Below are positions 1 to 12,540 of a stretch of 64,000 nucleotides of DNA, in pieces (the first letter of the stretch is position 1; every line of letters starts with the position of its first letter). Made by a program: the position numbers and the translations under genes. The notes beneath the pieces were generated by a model. The model was not told the origin of the DNA, did no database searches, and worked only from the letters and a program-made list of their open reading frames with translations. The DNA is from Octopus sinensis (Eukaryota), in NCBI RefSeq assembly GCF_006345805.1, contig NC_043002.1, forward strand, positions 48,670,001-48,734,000, in the 5' to 3' direction.

Positions 1-14
1 GTAGGTAGGTAGGT

Positions 15-104
<90 letters not shown>
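1..104. repeat. (GGTA)n/(GATA)n microsatellite
   Basis: Direct tandem tetranucleotide repeat. Confidence 0.95.
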
Positions 105-287
105 GGTTGGAAAAAACGTGCAGACAGGTGGATTGATGCATGGATTTTATAGTAACTATAAGGAGTAAATTTATATCAGGAAAATATTTTTGAGGAAATT
201 GAACAATAAATCAAAATATAACTGGCTTTGTCAGCTTTCGACTTTATTACGCTTAATGTGCGTGTACGTATGGCTACGTATTACCTT

Positions 288-289
<2 letters not shown>

Positions 290-383
<94 letters not shown>
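290..383. repeat. (GT)n microsatellite
   Basis: Direct dinucleotide repeat; it explains the VCVC-type ORFs at 190-480. Confidence 0.95.
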
Positions 384-385
<2 letters not shown>

Positions 386-1131
386 CCGTGCGTCTGCATA
401 TATCTTACCGTGTTTTTGTGCGTATCTATATTGCGTGTCTGAGCCTGTTTAAACCTTCACATTACCTAGAAAAAAAATAGGTGATGGTGGGGAAAATTAT
501 CATCTTAAAATACATGAGGGAGATATATTCTCTTTTTACTTGGCCTATGGAAATGTCTCAATTTGTTTTCATTATTTCGAAGTGATGAAATTTGCTCTGA
601 AACATTGAAGAAAGTAATTACTTGATGCAAATAGATAATGCCTACTTGAATATTCTATTTATCATCAATCGATATTTTTCACATCAAAATACTATTTTCT
701 TGTATATCAAGCAGAACTGTATTTAATGAATTGCTCCTATTAGACAAGAGAGAAACATGCAACCTAATTTACACCTTGTAGCAGAGCTAGCCTAGCTTAA
801 AGATACAAAGCTAATTTAAAGGTAATAGGAAATTTCGAAAATCTGAAAGTAAACTAATACAAGGAAGAATAGAAAGTCTTGTTCATGGCGAAAAAGAGGT
901 AAAAAAAATGTTTAACTCATTCAATACATACTTAGACTGGTCGGTGAAACAAAAACGCGAGTGTAAATATATCAATGTTGGTTGATTGTTATGCCGGTTG
1001 TTATGAATTATGTAACTGACAGAGGTTAATTAGTTTGGACGAAAGACAAAATTGGCGCTTTTAAAGAAATTGGTAAACATGAAACAATACACACACACCG
1101 GCACTCACATACACAAGCTTATAATATGTGT

Positions 1132-1330
1132 ATGTGTGTATGTATGTACGTATGTATGTATGTATGTATGTATGTATGTATGTATGTATGTATGTATGTA
1201 TGTATGTATGTATGTATGTATGCATGTATCTATTCATGTGTATATATATATACATATATATACACACACATACACACATGCATATGCATTTGTATCTATA
1301 TATATGTATATGTATACGGATATAGATATA
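1132..1330. repeat. Compound (TATG)n/(TA)n/(CA)n microsatellite
   Basis: Direct tandem repeats; they explain the CMYV-type ORFs at 1052-1374. Confidence 0.9.
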
Positions 1331-1332
1331 TA

Positions 1333-2231
1333 TTGGGCCATCCCATAAATAATGCGGTTTTTTCAGTTGCATGAACTAAAAGTTGGAGGGGAACGGGATA
1401 AACTACTTGCATCGACTTGCTATAAAAGCAAGTAGTAATTTTACCTTGTCCTTATTCTTAGTGCAAGTTTTGAAGAGTGCAGTTCGATTTTAACAGATAT
1501 TTTTTCAAAGCTATAATGGAAGTTGCAAAGGTGTATATTCGGCGTATTTTGCCTTATGAGTTCAATAAAGGTCATAACGCGACGGAAAGTGCGAGGAATA
1601 CTAACGCAGTTTATAGGTATCGGACAATAAGCGTAAGCCAGTGTCGACGGTGGTTCCAGAAATTCCGAGCCGGAAACTACAGCCTACAAGACAAGCCTCG
1701 TGCTCGAAGATTTGTAAAGCTCGAGGAGGATGTCCTTCAAACCCTGGTGGAACAAAATACCATCGTAATTGTTGAGGAACTAGCAGAGGAGCTTGGATTT
1801 GGTTATTCAATTATTCATCGACACCTGCGCTAGAAGAAAAACGAACATCTTTGGTTTCAAGACAAAAAGTGTTCTTCCATCAGGATAATGTTCGTCGACG
1901 TACAGGAAGGATGGCCTTCCAAAAAATGGGAAACGATGCCCCACCCACCATATTCGCCGGACATTGCCCCATCTGATTATCAATTATTTTGTAGTCTTCA
2001 AAATCATTTGGGCGGAAAAAATATGAATTCTGTAAACGAATTCAGACCAGTGCTGGAGGAATATTTTTCGCTACGGAGACTAATTTTGGAAGAGAAGCCT
2101 TACAAGTCTACCTGATAGTTTGAAGAGCATTGTAGAAAATGAAGAAGTTTATATTTTAGATCAAAAAAGAACTTTGTTTATCTTAATTTTGAAAAAATAG
2201 AAGTATAAAAAGCCGCATTATTTATGGTATG

Positions 2232-2237
<6 letters not shown>
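1333..2237 (+). mobile_element. Mariner (Tc1/mariner) element, internally deleted, non-autonomous
   Basis: TIRs TTGGGCCATCCCATAAATAATGCGG (1333) and CCGCATTATTTATGGTATGACCCTA (2237), with TA on both sides. The N-terminal HTH region is in ORF 1477-1833 (YEFNKGHNATESARN...WFQKFRAGNYSLQD) and the C-terminal HPPYSPDIAPSDY motif is in ORF 1888-2115. Most of the catalytic domain is deleted. Confidence 0.92.
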
Positions 2238-2291
<54 letters not shown>

Positions 2292-2437
2292 AGGAAAAAT
2301 TCTATAAGAAAGGAACTCTAATCTCTCTTTTATATTTTGATAAGCATAACAAATGCGCAACCGGTAAAAAGAACTTTCATCTAATTAAATTACTTAAATT
2401 ACTTCAATTATTTGTCAGCATTTTCTTCATTTCCTTT

Positions 2438-2484
<47 letters not shown>

Positions 2485-2486
2485 AT

Positions 2487-2526
2487 CTAGTTTCAGCTCA
2501 CGAGCTGTGGCCATGGTGGGGCACCG
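2487..2526 (-). mobile_element. Isolated ~40-nt SINE-type 3' tail with A-rich end
   Basis: Minus strand CGGTGCCCCACCATGGCCACAGCTCGTGAGCTGAAACTAG followed by an A-rich run; nearly identical to 13459-13500. Confidence 0.7.
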
Positions 2527-2554
2527 TATGTATGTATGTGTATGCATACATACA

Positions 2555-2590
<36 letters not shown>

Positions 2591-2592
2591 TA

Positions 2593-2652
<60 letters not shown>

Positions 2653-2808
2653 GTATGTATGCATATACATACATATTTATATATATATACATACATACAT
2701 ATATATATATGTATATATGCATATATATATGCATACATATGCATGCATACGCATAAATATATGTACGCACATACATACAAGCAATGCATTTGTATGTATG
2801 TAACCACA

Positions 2809-2846
<38 letters not shown>

Positions 2847-2861
2847 GTAGATCGATCGATC

Positions 2862-2956
<95 letters not shown>

Positions 2957-3012
2957 TGATTGATTGATTGATTAACTGATTGATCGATTGATTGATCGAT
3001 TGATTGATTGAT

Positions 3013-3097
<85 letters not shown>
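2527..3097. repeat. Compound microsatellite (TATG/TACA/TA/CA, then GATA changing to GATT)
   Basis: Direct tandem repeats. Confidence 0.9.
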
Positions 3098-3532
3098 ATG
3101 GTTGGGACTCAATTTCGAGTAGTGTCATCGCTGATTGTTTTCCTAATCATGAATGATGCTTTTCAGTTCAGCTATGAAGTTACACAATTTTGCACAGACG
3201 TGGCAACGATGAGCACTTCTTGCAGCAGGTGTTCAGAAAGCTTACCACCCACATAGACACGTGTCTTGACTCCTTCGTGGAATTTTCATTAAGTGTTTTG
3301 CCAGCTATAATATTCAACGCATAACAGATGTCAAGTGATGCCAATACTTAAAGATTTTTAAAGTGAGGAAAGGTAGAGCGCAACTTATGCCCGAATAGAA
3401 TATCTATTCTACATCATTGAACGCAGACGAAATCACAGGTGTAACATCAGAGAAATGTCGAAACGAATACCAGGGATTCTTTCGCTTTCAACTGTTAGAT
3501 GACAGTTGGCACCATTGTGTCCGTCCGGGTGT

Positions 3533-4486
3533 TGCAGTCTGGGGAGTTAGGTGACCACATGTTAGGGGTGACAGCCACGACTGGGTTCTCTTACTTGTGT
3601 GACATGGTACAGAGTCCTGTTGCCAGAAATAGGGTCTTCCAGCAGCCACTCTCTTGACCCAAGGCAGCACTACTTTCTCCAAGCGTTTGGTGTAGGCCTC
3701 CGTGTTGAGCTTGAGGCCATGTGGGAAGATGAATGGCGGCATAACGTCGCCATCAATAGTGATCACTCCAAATACCATGATGTTGACTGGATGTTTGATT
3801 TTTATCAATCTCGGTATATGTTTTGCGGACACGGCAAGCCAACGGCTGTTGTGTGTTCACCATTTGATCCTGGCAGAAATTTTTCTCGTCTAAGAAAAAC
3901 CAAAGCATGTTCGGTTGAAGGGGATGCTTGATTTCGTTCAAAAGCTTTGTAGCGCTGTCTTTCCTCTTGTCTTTGATGGCTTGAGATAAAACTTGGCCCT
4001 TTCTCATCTTGTATGAGGAATATCGAATGTCTTCATGCACTACCTACTTTATAAGAAACTCAGACACTTCCATGTTCCTAGCTATGGACCTGATTGACTC
4101 GTTGGGGTTGCTGTCAATCATGGGTTGGATCTCACTAACAAATTATTTTCTCATCAGAACAATCAGAATAAGTTTTTCGTGTTGCCGCACCTTCGTAATC
4201 ACTATTAGACTCTTCCAACTCTTTCCGCATCCTCTGCACTGTCCTCAGATTGACACCCAAACACTCTGAAATGTTCGTATTGGAACCTCCGGCGCGAGTG
4301 CCAAGCAGTACTGCATGTTATTTCCAAATTTCTGGCAGAGTGAATTGCGCCATATAGTGCTGCTTTTCTCACAGACGGTGCCCAACTGACCCTTTTATAG
4401 TGTATAGTCGACAACATCAAAAGTAAACAATGCGCAAGTGCGAAATAAAAAATATAAAATAGCGACAATTTACCAATCGCATCCTG
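3533..4486 (-). mobile_element. maT/DD37D-like Tc1/mariner transposon remnant; transposase frameshifted and 3'-truncated
   Basis: The minus strand starts TA|CAGGATGCGATTGGTAAATTGTCGC (4486), with ATG at 4353. Fragments read HEDIRYSSYKMRKGQ, WFFLDEKNF, HPVNIMVFGVIT, WQQDSVPCH and PNMWSPNSPDCN. The sequence switches to unrelated DNA near 3530; no second TIR was found. Confidence 0.85.
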
Positions 4487-4496
4487 TATTTATTTA

Positions 4497-5810
4497 CATC
4501 TACTACATATGTGGAAAATCGGTGTGTTTGTTTGTGGTGTTGTGAGCTAACTCCTCCTACGTCGTTTTATTGATTTTGATGAAACTTGACATGTGGGTAG
4601 AACTCGTGTCTGGAAACCTCGTGACATACTTAGATTGTTGAAAAATTCGATAATACGACTCCTGGAAGGGACCTTTATATCTACCTCATATAACTAACGG
4701 AAATAAACATAGCACCTGCGCAATTATTTTTTAAACACTCAAGGGAAATAACCCATTTCATTGTTTATGTTCGATTACTTTGAATATTGGTTTTTTTGTG
4801 TGTCCAATTTCTAATTTTTGCAAACAATATCACTTATTTGACATGTGAATATAACTCATGTCTGGAAACCTCGTGACATACTTAGATTGTTGAAAAAAGT
4901 CGATAATAGGTCCCCTCCAATGGATCCTTCTATCTACTACATATTACTAATATTTTATTTAAACAACCCATACCACCTGCAGTTTTTAGCGAAGCAACCA
5001 ATATTTGATTCTCACGATCAGTCGACCTAATTCTGCATTTCACTACTCACAGTTTTGAACTGCTAAGCATTATTATTGCACTTACTTAAGTTGAATTTTA
5101 AACCTTAAAGACTTCATTCATATATTTCTATACGTACATACTTTTTTGAATGCCCATTACTCTGATAATTCTGCAATTTTGCAGTTACACTTTTTGTATG
5201 ACAGTAGATAAATTTTTTATTCCACAACGTATTTGTAGTAGCTTCATGCAGGCATAGCGTGCATTCGATCCTCAATTGCCAAATTTCACTTAACACTTCA
5301 ACAGCGCTTTTCTCACGGTAAAACAATAGTTTTTCTATGAATGACAGCAGTTATACATTTCCCAGATACCTTCGCTAAGCAGAATAATGTCCATGTCACT
5401 TGACCCTTCTAGCCTCTTTGAGGCCACCACTGGCTGGAATGGAGATAACAGACCAATATGTCTATCCTTCTGGCTGCTTTTCGATAGTAATAAAAACAAG
5501 AACTCCGTAAGCTAAAGGCTGTTACTGAGAACGACCAACGTTATTATTGCACATTCTTCAAACAGTTCATTCATATATTTATGTAACCTCTCTCACCAAC
5601 CTCTGACAATCTTCCTCGCCAACCTCCGAAAACTTCTGTCACCAACCTCCAACTATCTCTTCCTCCTCCAGGTGACAGCTTTTTGTACACATTTCCGTGA
5701 CGGAAAAGACACTTTTTGTGGCAGTTATAACGAAATTGCTTTCTTATATCAGTAATAAGGCGTTTCAATAGAACATCTTTACCCCCGGGAATTACCGGCT
5801 ACACCAGCTA
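4497..5810 (+). mobile_element. Possible Helitron/Helentron-associated non-autonomous element with an internal ~250-bp-period diverged duplication
   Basis: Begins ATCTACTACATAT...GTGTTTGTTTGT...GATTTTGATGAAACTTG (DINE-1/HINE-like layout). A ~70-bp block repeats at 4586-4658 and 4838-4910. It ends in a GC-rich hairpin-like CCCGGGAATTACCGG...CAGCTAC next to (TA)n. The family assignment is inference. Confidence 0.35.
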
Positions 5811-5811
<1 letters not shown>

Positions 5812-5877
<66 letters not shown>

Positions 5878-6016
5878 TATATATATATATATATATATTA
5901 TATATTATATATATATATATATTATATATATATATAGTTCTTGATATCTATCTTCATGACGATGACTTTGTTGGCCGAAACTTCGAACTCACTGTTAACA
6001 ACATCCTTGTCTAAGT

Positions 6017-6049
<33 letters not shown>

Positions 6050-6115
6050 TAGCGTAGCTAGGATGGGGCGCAAGGGGCAGTCCGCTCCGGGCGGCACACA
6101 CTCTACCTACGCTAG

Positions 6116-6158
<43 letters not shown>

Positions 6159-6170
6159 TATATATATATA
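5812..6170. repeat. (TA)n microsatellite tracts, interrupted
   Basis: Direct repeats interrupted by unique sequence and by the mini-element at 6047-6117. Confidence 0.85.
6047..6117. mobile_element. 71-bp mini-MITE inside (TA)n
   Basis: 15-bp inverted termini TACTAGCGTAGCTAG / CTACCTACGCTAGTA (1 mismatch) around a GC-rich core. Confidence 0.6.
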
Positions 6171-7401
6171 CTAGCAAAAACACCAGTCCTTTGAACGGTT
6201 TAAGTTGCTTTGGTAGTACTTTTTCATTAAATAATTGAACTACCGTGAAGGTTTATGAATAGCATTGCAATCTGTTTCCGATTATCCTAGGAGCGGAATA
6301 TCAAATTGAAGGCTGGTTATTGTGGAGGTCGTTACACTTTGATGATCATAGAACATAAATTTACAAGTGATGCAAAGTAAAGCTACTGAAATGTTTTGGG
6401 TGTAGATTGCGTATAATGACTACAAAATACACTTGTTTTACATGAAAGTGAAATTTCTGGTCAGAAACAGCTACATAAATGGTGTAATGAAATTGAAGGA
6501 AGACGTGGAAACTTTCCCTCTGCGAGTTTATTTTGTGCAACAGCAAAGGGAGCGACTTTTTCAGAGAGATAAGCTAACAAAAGCCCCTTTATTCTGTCTT
6601 CCCACATAACCTGCGCATAAACTAACGGCGAATGTTACATGAAGTTAAATTGGTATGGAGCTTTCTGAAAGATACATATAGCTTTCGCTAGTGGAAGCAA
6701 AACTCTTATTTAAATGTTGATTCTTTGCGACGAATCATATGTGATTGTTTAAAAAAGGCTGGAACGACAATGCTAAAACGTATTTGAAACAATGGACAGC
6801 AGTCGAAATACCATAATGGATGGGTATATAAGCATCCTTAAAGTGAAACAACGCATTGGTAGGTAAACAAAGGTATCAATAAATAGAAGAGAAGGAAGGG
6901 GAAGTTACCTTTCGAGTTACTCAGAATAGATGAAGGTAAGCATGCCACAGTTTAATGTAGTTGAAATATGGAGATTAAGATTGTTTGGTATTGGATATTC
7001 ATCGCGTAGAGTGTTCTTAGTTAATTTAATCACCGTCGCTGGTGGACAGTGGAAATAAGTAAATAGACAAAATCCTTTCACTTTTATAAAAAGATTAAAA
7101 ATGTATGGAAGACCCTAAATACAAAAGAACTAATTATATAAACTATTTTATTAAAACTACATCAGAGAGAGCAAGGCTCCTGAAAAACTTATTTCAGCCG
7201 GGGACCTCCTTAAACTCGCAAAGAGATGTGTAGTCGATGCCTGTTTCATAGGAAATTTATGTTAAAGACATGGAATTCCCGTTTGCCGACTGGGGAAGAG
7301 CAGTCGACTATAAGCTGTCCTGTTTTAAATGTAACTGGATCCGATCTAGGGGAGACAACTGCACTTCACTTATATTTAATACCAGGAGAATTTCGTTCCC
7401 G

Positions 7402-7433
<32 letters not shown>

Positions 7434-7497
7434 TGTATGTATGCATGTATGTATGTATGTATGTATGTATTATTATTATTATTATTATTATTATTAA

Positions 7498-7702
7498 GAA
7501 AGGCGACGAGCCAGCAGAATCGTTAGTGCTTAGCGGTATTTTGCCCGTTGCTACATTCTGAGTTCAAATTTCGCCAAGGTCGACTTTGTATTTCATTTTT
7601 CGGGGTCGATAAATCAAGTATCAGTAAAACACTGGAGTCGAGGTAATCGACTGTCCTCCTCCCCCAAATTTCAGGGCTTGTACCTATAGCAGAAAAGATT
7701 AC

Positions 7703-7705
<3 letters not shown>
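7498..7705 (+). mobile_element. tRNA-derived SINE with GGTCGACTTTGCCTTTCATCCTTTCGGGGTCGATAAA-type core
   Basis: GGCGACGAGCCAGCAGAATCGTTAG head, B-box-like GAGTTCAAATT, and a core shared with many copies in the window (e.g. 8040-8148, 9575-9730, 23190-23315, 30390-30580, 45140-45345, 53818-54050). Confidence 0.8.
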
Positions 7706-7738
<33 letters not shown>

Positions 7739-7901
7739 CTTCAGGAGGAGTTACCTCAATCCTTTGTATATTAACCAAAGTGAAGTAGATTGACAAAATT
7801 ATTTTTTGAACCAGTTGAAGACACACAAGATGTCGAAATATCGTTCACTAGATAACAATGGCACTCTTCTTTTAATTTTGATATTATTTATTATTATTAA
7901 A

Positions 7902-7958
<57 letters not shown>

Positions 7959-8828
7959 CGGGCGTTTGGCATTTTGGCCATTGAATCACTCAGCAATTTC
8001 TGCGGGTTATTAATAGTCCTTTCTACTATAGACATAGAGCCTGAAATTCTACGAGAGGGAGTGGGCTTGTCGATTACCTCAACCCCAGTACTTGACTGCT
8101 ACTTATTTTAACGACTCCGAAACGACGAAAGGCAAAGTCGACCTCGGCATAAACATTTGCTCATTTCTTTTAGTTTTATTTCCCCACTTTCGTCGACAAA
8201 CCCTGGGAGGAAGGTGCACGCACACTCCTGTCTATTGGTCCAATATCTGTCAACTTTTCCGGCTAAAGGATTTTTTTTACCAGCAAGCATCCGCATCAGT
8301 AGTCACATATTAATTTGTTTTGGTGTAGTCATTATTTTCTCCAATTTTTTAAGCTTTGGCTTTTGTTTGGTTACGTGTTAAATTTTTGATGTGTGTTGTT
8401 TGAGTGCTTACTTTGACATCCTGTTGCTATACGCGCGTGTGAATGTGTGAAGCTTTTAAATGGTGTTATCTTTAAGAAATATGAGTTGATTTCTCTGAAG
8501 ACCTGCTTTCTACTTTTCAATTTGTATACGCTGGAACATGTTAAGTAGCTTTACTTAAATGATTAAGGAAAGATAGTGCATTACTAACTTAGAAACCGAT
8601 AGTTAAGGATTTCTTAACCTGTATTTGATGAACATTATGCAAAGCTTGTAATTTCGAGAATAGCATGTTATGTTAGTCTGGTCGGTTAAGAAAGGAATGT
8701 GGTTATTACACAATATCTTATATAATTAATTAAATACCGTGTGTGCGTATGTGTGTGCGCGCACGTGTATGTGTATGTGTGTGTGTTGTATATATATGTA
8801 CACATATACATTTACCGATATATATATA

Positions 8829-8869
<41 letters not shown>

Positions 8870-8871
<2 letters not shown>

Positions 8872-9450
8872 TATTATTATTATTATTATTATTATCATTA
8901 TTATTATTATTATTATTGAGTGAGAGGATAGCGCATGCCATCAAAGTGACACTGGGGTACAATTATACGAAGCCCAATATACCCATCATGACTACTCGTA
9001 TCAGAGGGGTACACCAAGCACATGCATCACAACCGTATGTGCGCGATATTGTGATCTTATATCAAGATAAACCGTGCATGACCTTTTAGGTGGGGCCTAG
9101 TTAGAATTCTTTTCAAGATGAGTAGTCCATCCCACTCAAAAGGTTCCTGAATAAGGTTTGTTTAAGGAGGATGAACGAAAGACCCATGTTTCCACAGGTA
9201 ATTTATTCAAATCCGAAAGAATTCCTCGCAAAGCATGGCTACGATGCTCCACCACTACTCCTGTTCGTGATCAGAGATGCACTTATTGTCAGCCACCAAG
9301 GTCAAGCAACTGACAAACAAATCTGTGGTATTGAGCAGAATATTTACCGTAGCCTATCTGTTATACCAAGACAAAACAATGTACATGATAACACTTCCAG
9401 TCGGTTAAGATCAAAAGCCATGGGAGCCACTACCTAGTATTGCATCAGAA
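8870..9450 (-). mobile_element. Non-LTR retroposon-like interspersed repeat with (TAA)n tail, family unassigned
   Basis: A complex, more GC-rich ~530-bp block abuts a (TAT)n tract, which is its tail on the minus strand. It is recalled as a recurrent cephalopod repeat; not verified. Confidence 0.4.
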
Positions 9451-9519
9451 GACAACATACATACATACATACATACATACGGGCACATTCTCACACGCAC
9501 AAACACACACACACACACG

Positions 9520-9557
<38 letters not shown>

Positions 9558-10118
9558 GCTGTTGTTTTTATCATTAATATGATCTGAGTTCAAATTCCGC
9601 TGAGGTTGACTTTGCTTTTCATCCTTTCAGGGTCGATAAAATAAGTATAAATTTAACACTGGGATCGATGTAATCGACTCATTCCCTCCCACAAAACTGC
9701 TGCCCTTGTGACATAATTTGAAACCATTATCAACCGGCAGAAGTTTGTGAGTGACTCGAGGGCTGAGAGTTTTATGTATTTGGTACGTCGGCCCTTCAGT
9801 CACTCAGTAACATCGGCCGATTAAAAATGTCTTTGTGTGTGTGAGAGAGAGACATTCTGACCAGTTATATGCTATATCCAGTAACATATTCTTCCGGCAG
9901 TTGGTTATGCTACCGTCGGTTTCGTGCCGAATATTGCCACTAGATAATATTCGAATCGAAACTATGGTATTCTGAGCTGTATAACTTAACCAGTAACGCA
10001 TTTTTCTGACAATATAAAAATATATTCGTTCTATTACTTACATTGAATGTGCTTTTATTTCTGACTTATGAACAAGTCACTGATAAACATTATGTGTGTG
10101 AGCGTGTGTTTGTGAATG

Positions 10119-10169
<51 letters not shown>

Positions 10170-10339
10170 ATGTGCGCGCGTGCGTGCATGTTTGCCGATT
10201 TGTGCATGAATGTACGTGTAAGAATGTACCCATACGTATGTATATTGTCTTCTGTTTTTAGCTAATTGAAATCTCTTTGTATAGAAGGAACTGATTTCTA
10301 ACAATGATACAAAGTTCCATCTCTGGAATGTAGATAACA

Positions 10340-10975
10340 AAGACAATGTCATATGTTGGACTTTCAAAGTGTGTTGCATATTTTTACTATTCCGCTTACT
10401 GATTATATTTGTAATGTGCATATTAACTGATTGATTTCTTTTTCTGAAAAGCCCAGCTTCTCAAGATTGTCATTTAATGTTGACTCACAGAACCAACTGC
10501 ACCATTTAATATTGGTATAAATGTGAACTTATGACCTAGGTATAAAAGTTGAAGGCTTCAAAACAGTTGTCCGTAGTTACCGTCTCTTTCTTTGATTATC
10601 AAAGAGATATTCATATCAGCAGAGCAGCTGATCTCAATGAGAGTAGCTACTTTCTCTTGCCAATATCCCAAACAACGATATCCAGCTTATTATGTTTGTA
10701 CTTGATAGAAGTTTTGATAGAAATGTTCCACCAATATTTCTTGAATTAGTGTGGGCGTATGTGTTCAATAATAGGAAGATTCTCTATATTTATCGGTCTT
10801 TTTATTCTTTACTTTTTCTTCGGATATCGCATTGTGGGGTACTACTTTAGTGACAGTTATGGACAGTAACTAAGCACATGTGTGATGTCTTCCACAGAAA
10901 TGTGACTTAATCGGCATTTTCGTATGCATCTTGGGGCACCAAACGCATCAGTCACTTTTATTTGTTGGGTATTTG
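10340..10975 (-). pseudogene. 3' fragment of an RLE-clade (R4/Dong-like) non-LTR retrotransposon
   Basis: Minus-strand translation gives a degenerate CCHC knuckle (KCRLSHISVEDITHVLSYCP) followed by an RLE-like YWWNISIKTSIKYKHNKLDIVVWD...LIEISCSADMNI...FIPILNGAVG...NLEKLGFSEKEI, with stops. Confidence 0.7.
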
Positions 10976-10984
10976 AATGTATAT

Positions 10985-11180
10985 GGGCGCAGGAAGGACT
11001 ATGCGGTTAGAAATTTGCTTCCCAACCATATGGTTCTGGGTTCAGTCCCACTGCGTGGCACCTTGTGCAAGTGTCTTCTACTATAGCCTCGGACCGACCA
11101 AAGCCTTGTGAGTAAATTTGGTAGGGGAGGCGGAAACTAAAACGTAGCCCGTATATATATGGAAACTAAAACGTAGCCCG

Positions 11181-11190
<10 letters not shown>
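10985..11190 (+). mobile_element. tRNA-derived SINE (GGCACCTTGGGCAAGTGTCTTCTACTATAGCC family) with a 28-bp terminal tandem duplication
   Basis: Head ...GGTTCTGGGTTCAGTCCCACTGCGTGGCACC. GGAAACTAAAACGTAGCCCGTATATATA occurs twice (from 11133 and 11161). Same family at 21900-22050, 34410-34560, 37495-37655 and 49303-49445. Confidence 0.8.
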
Positions 11191-11213
<23 letters not shown>

Positions 11214-11249
11214 TATATATATATAATATATATATATATATATTATATA

Positions 11250-11930
11250 TATATATATGGAACAAAAACGCAGCAGAGGGAATTAAACATTCGGACAAAT
11301 AGACGATACAAAGGCTGACAAGAAAAACAAAAATTACAAGGACAGGCAAAAAACGACGAGTCATTCGTGTCTTTCGTCAGTCAAGTTCCAGAAGTCACGA
11401 CCATTTCGGGCAGTTACACTTGAGATGGTTCGATCTGGTTGCCCCACAAAAAGTCTAAGCTAAGAGCATTAGACTCCTTTGAAAGAAATCTAGCGAATGT
11501 GTACGGCAACAAAGACAAAAACAAACAAAACAAAAAAAAACGGAGAACATGTTACACAATTACACCTACAAACAACAAGAAATAACAGCAGGAGTCTTTC
11601 AACTGGGAACGAATCAAATTGAGCTGGCGTGTATGAAGTGAAAGCCTAAAGGCAGAAACATAGGAGATGGACATGAGAGGTGTTGGCGGTTGGCAGTCAG
11701 ACCAAGAAAGAAAGATCATGGCTGGCTGGACACCGGTCACATAGAAGGAGAAGAGATGGGTAGGGGGCAGCAGGATTGAAGGATTATAAATAAAATCGGA
11801 GACAAATAGAAGGGTACAGGGGAGATAAACGAGTGGGAAATAGTGGGAGTTAAAGTGAGGTCCAAGAAATGAGAGGGGGTGAGAAAAAGGAAGAAAAATG
11901 AGAGTAAAAATAGAACATAGAGTAAGGGTC
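11250..11930 (-). mobile_element. Penelope-like element 3' end/pseudo-LTR remnant
   Basis: Minus-strand AFRLSLHTRQLNLI resembles the GIY-YIG C-terminal IFRLGxLxPxGLN motif, and the block abuts (TA)n. The match is weak. Confidence 0.35.
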
Positions 11931-11943
11931 GTGCAAAATTTAT

Positions 11944-12275
11944 ATCAGTGGTTAGAGCGTCGAGCTTACGATCGTGAGGTTGTGAGCTCGAATCCCGGAC
12001 CGGGCTGCGTGTTGTGTTCTCGAGCAAGGCACTTTATTTCACGTTGCTCCAGTTCACTCAGCTGTAGAATTGAGTTGCGACGTCATAGGTGCCAAGCTGT
12101 ATCGGGCCCTTTGCCTTTCCCTTGGATAACACTGGTGGCGTGGAGAGGGGAGGCTGGTATGCATGGGCGACTGCTAGCCTTCCATAAACAACCTTGCCCG
12201 GACTTGTGTCTAGGAGGGTAACTTTCTAGGTGCAATCCCATGGTCATTCATGACCGAAGGGGGTCTTTACCCTTT
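11944..12275 (+). mobile_element. tRNA-derived SINE, family A (tail GGTGCAATCCCATGGTCATTCATGACC)
   Basis: A-box GTGGTTAGAGCG and B-box-like GCTCGAATCCC; a homologous copy lies on the minus strand at 61290-61615. Confidence 0.85.
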
Positions 12276-12312
12276 ATATATGTAGATATATATATATATA
12301 TATATATAATAT

Positions 12313-12540
12313 CTATGTGTATGTGTGTCTTTGTGTCTGTACTTGTACCCTCATCATCGCTAGACAACCGGTGTCGGTGTGTTTACGTCTCCGTAACCTA
12401 GCTGTTCTGCAAAAGAAACCAATAGAGTAAATATTAGGCTTTAAAAATTGGGTCATGGGGTCGATTTGTTCGGCTAAGACCCGTCAATGCGGTGCTCCAG
12501 CATGGCCGCAGTCAGAATGACTGAAACGAGTATAAAAGTA
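12313..12540 (+). mobile_element. SINE 3' half ending in the CAGTCA-GAA-TGACTG hairpin tail
   Basis: Ends GCGGTGCTCCAGCATGGCCGCAGTCAGAATGACTGAAACGAGTATAAAAG. Related copies at 26045-26270, 36360-36560, 37690-37910 and 61740-61945. Confidence 0.75.

Noticed and set aside
190-2850. Numerous ORFs with VCVC/CMYV/YIYI repeats (also 7226-8111, 8726-9089, 56669-57562, 61868-62939)
   Set aside because: They are translations of microsatellites, not genes.
3098-3530. Continuation of the maT transposase or a second TIR
   Set aside because: The translation has no transposase similarity and no matching inverted repeat was found.
11944-12020. tRNA gene candidates (also 61170-61245, 10985-11060)
   Set aside because: A/B-box-like heads run directly into SINE bodies, and I could not fold a full cloverleaf.
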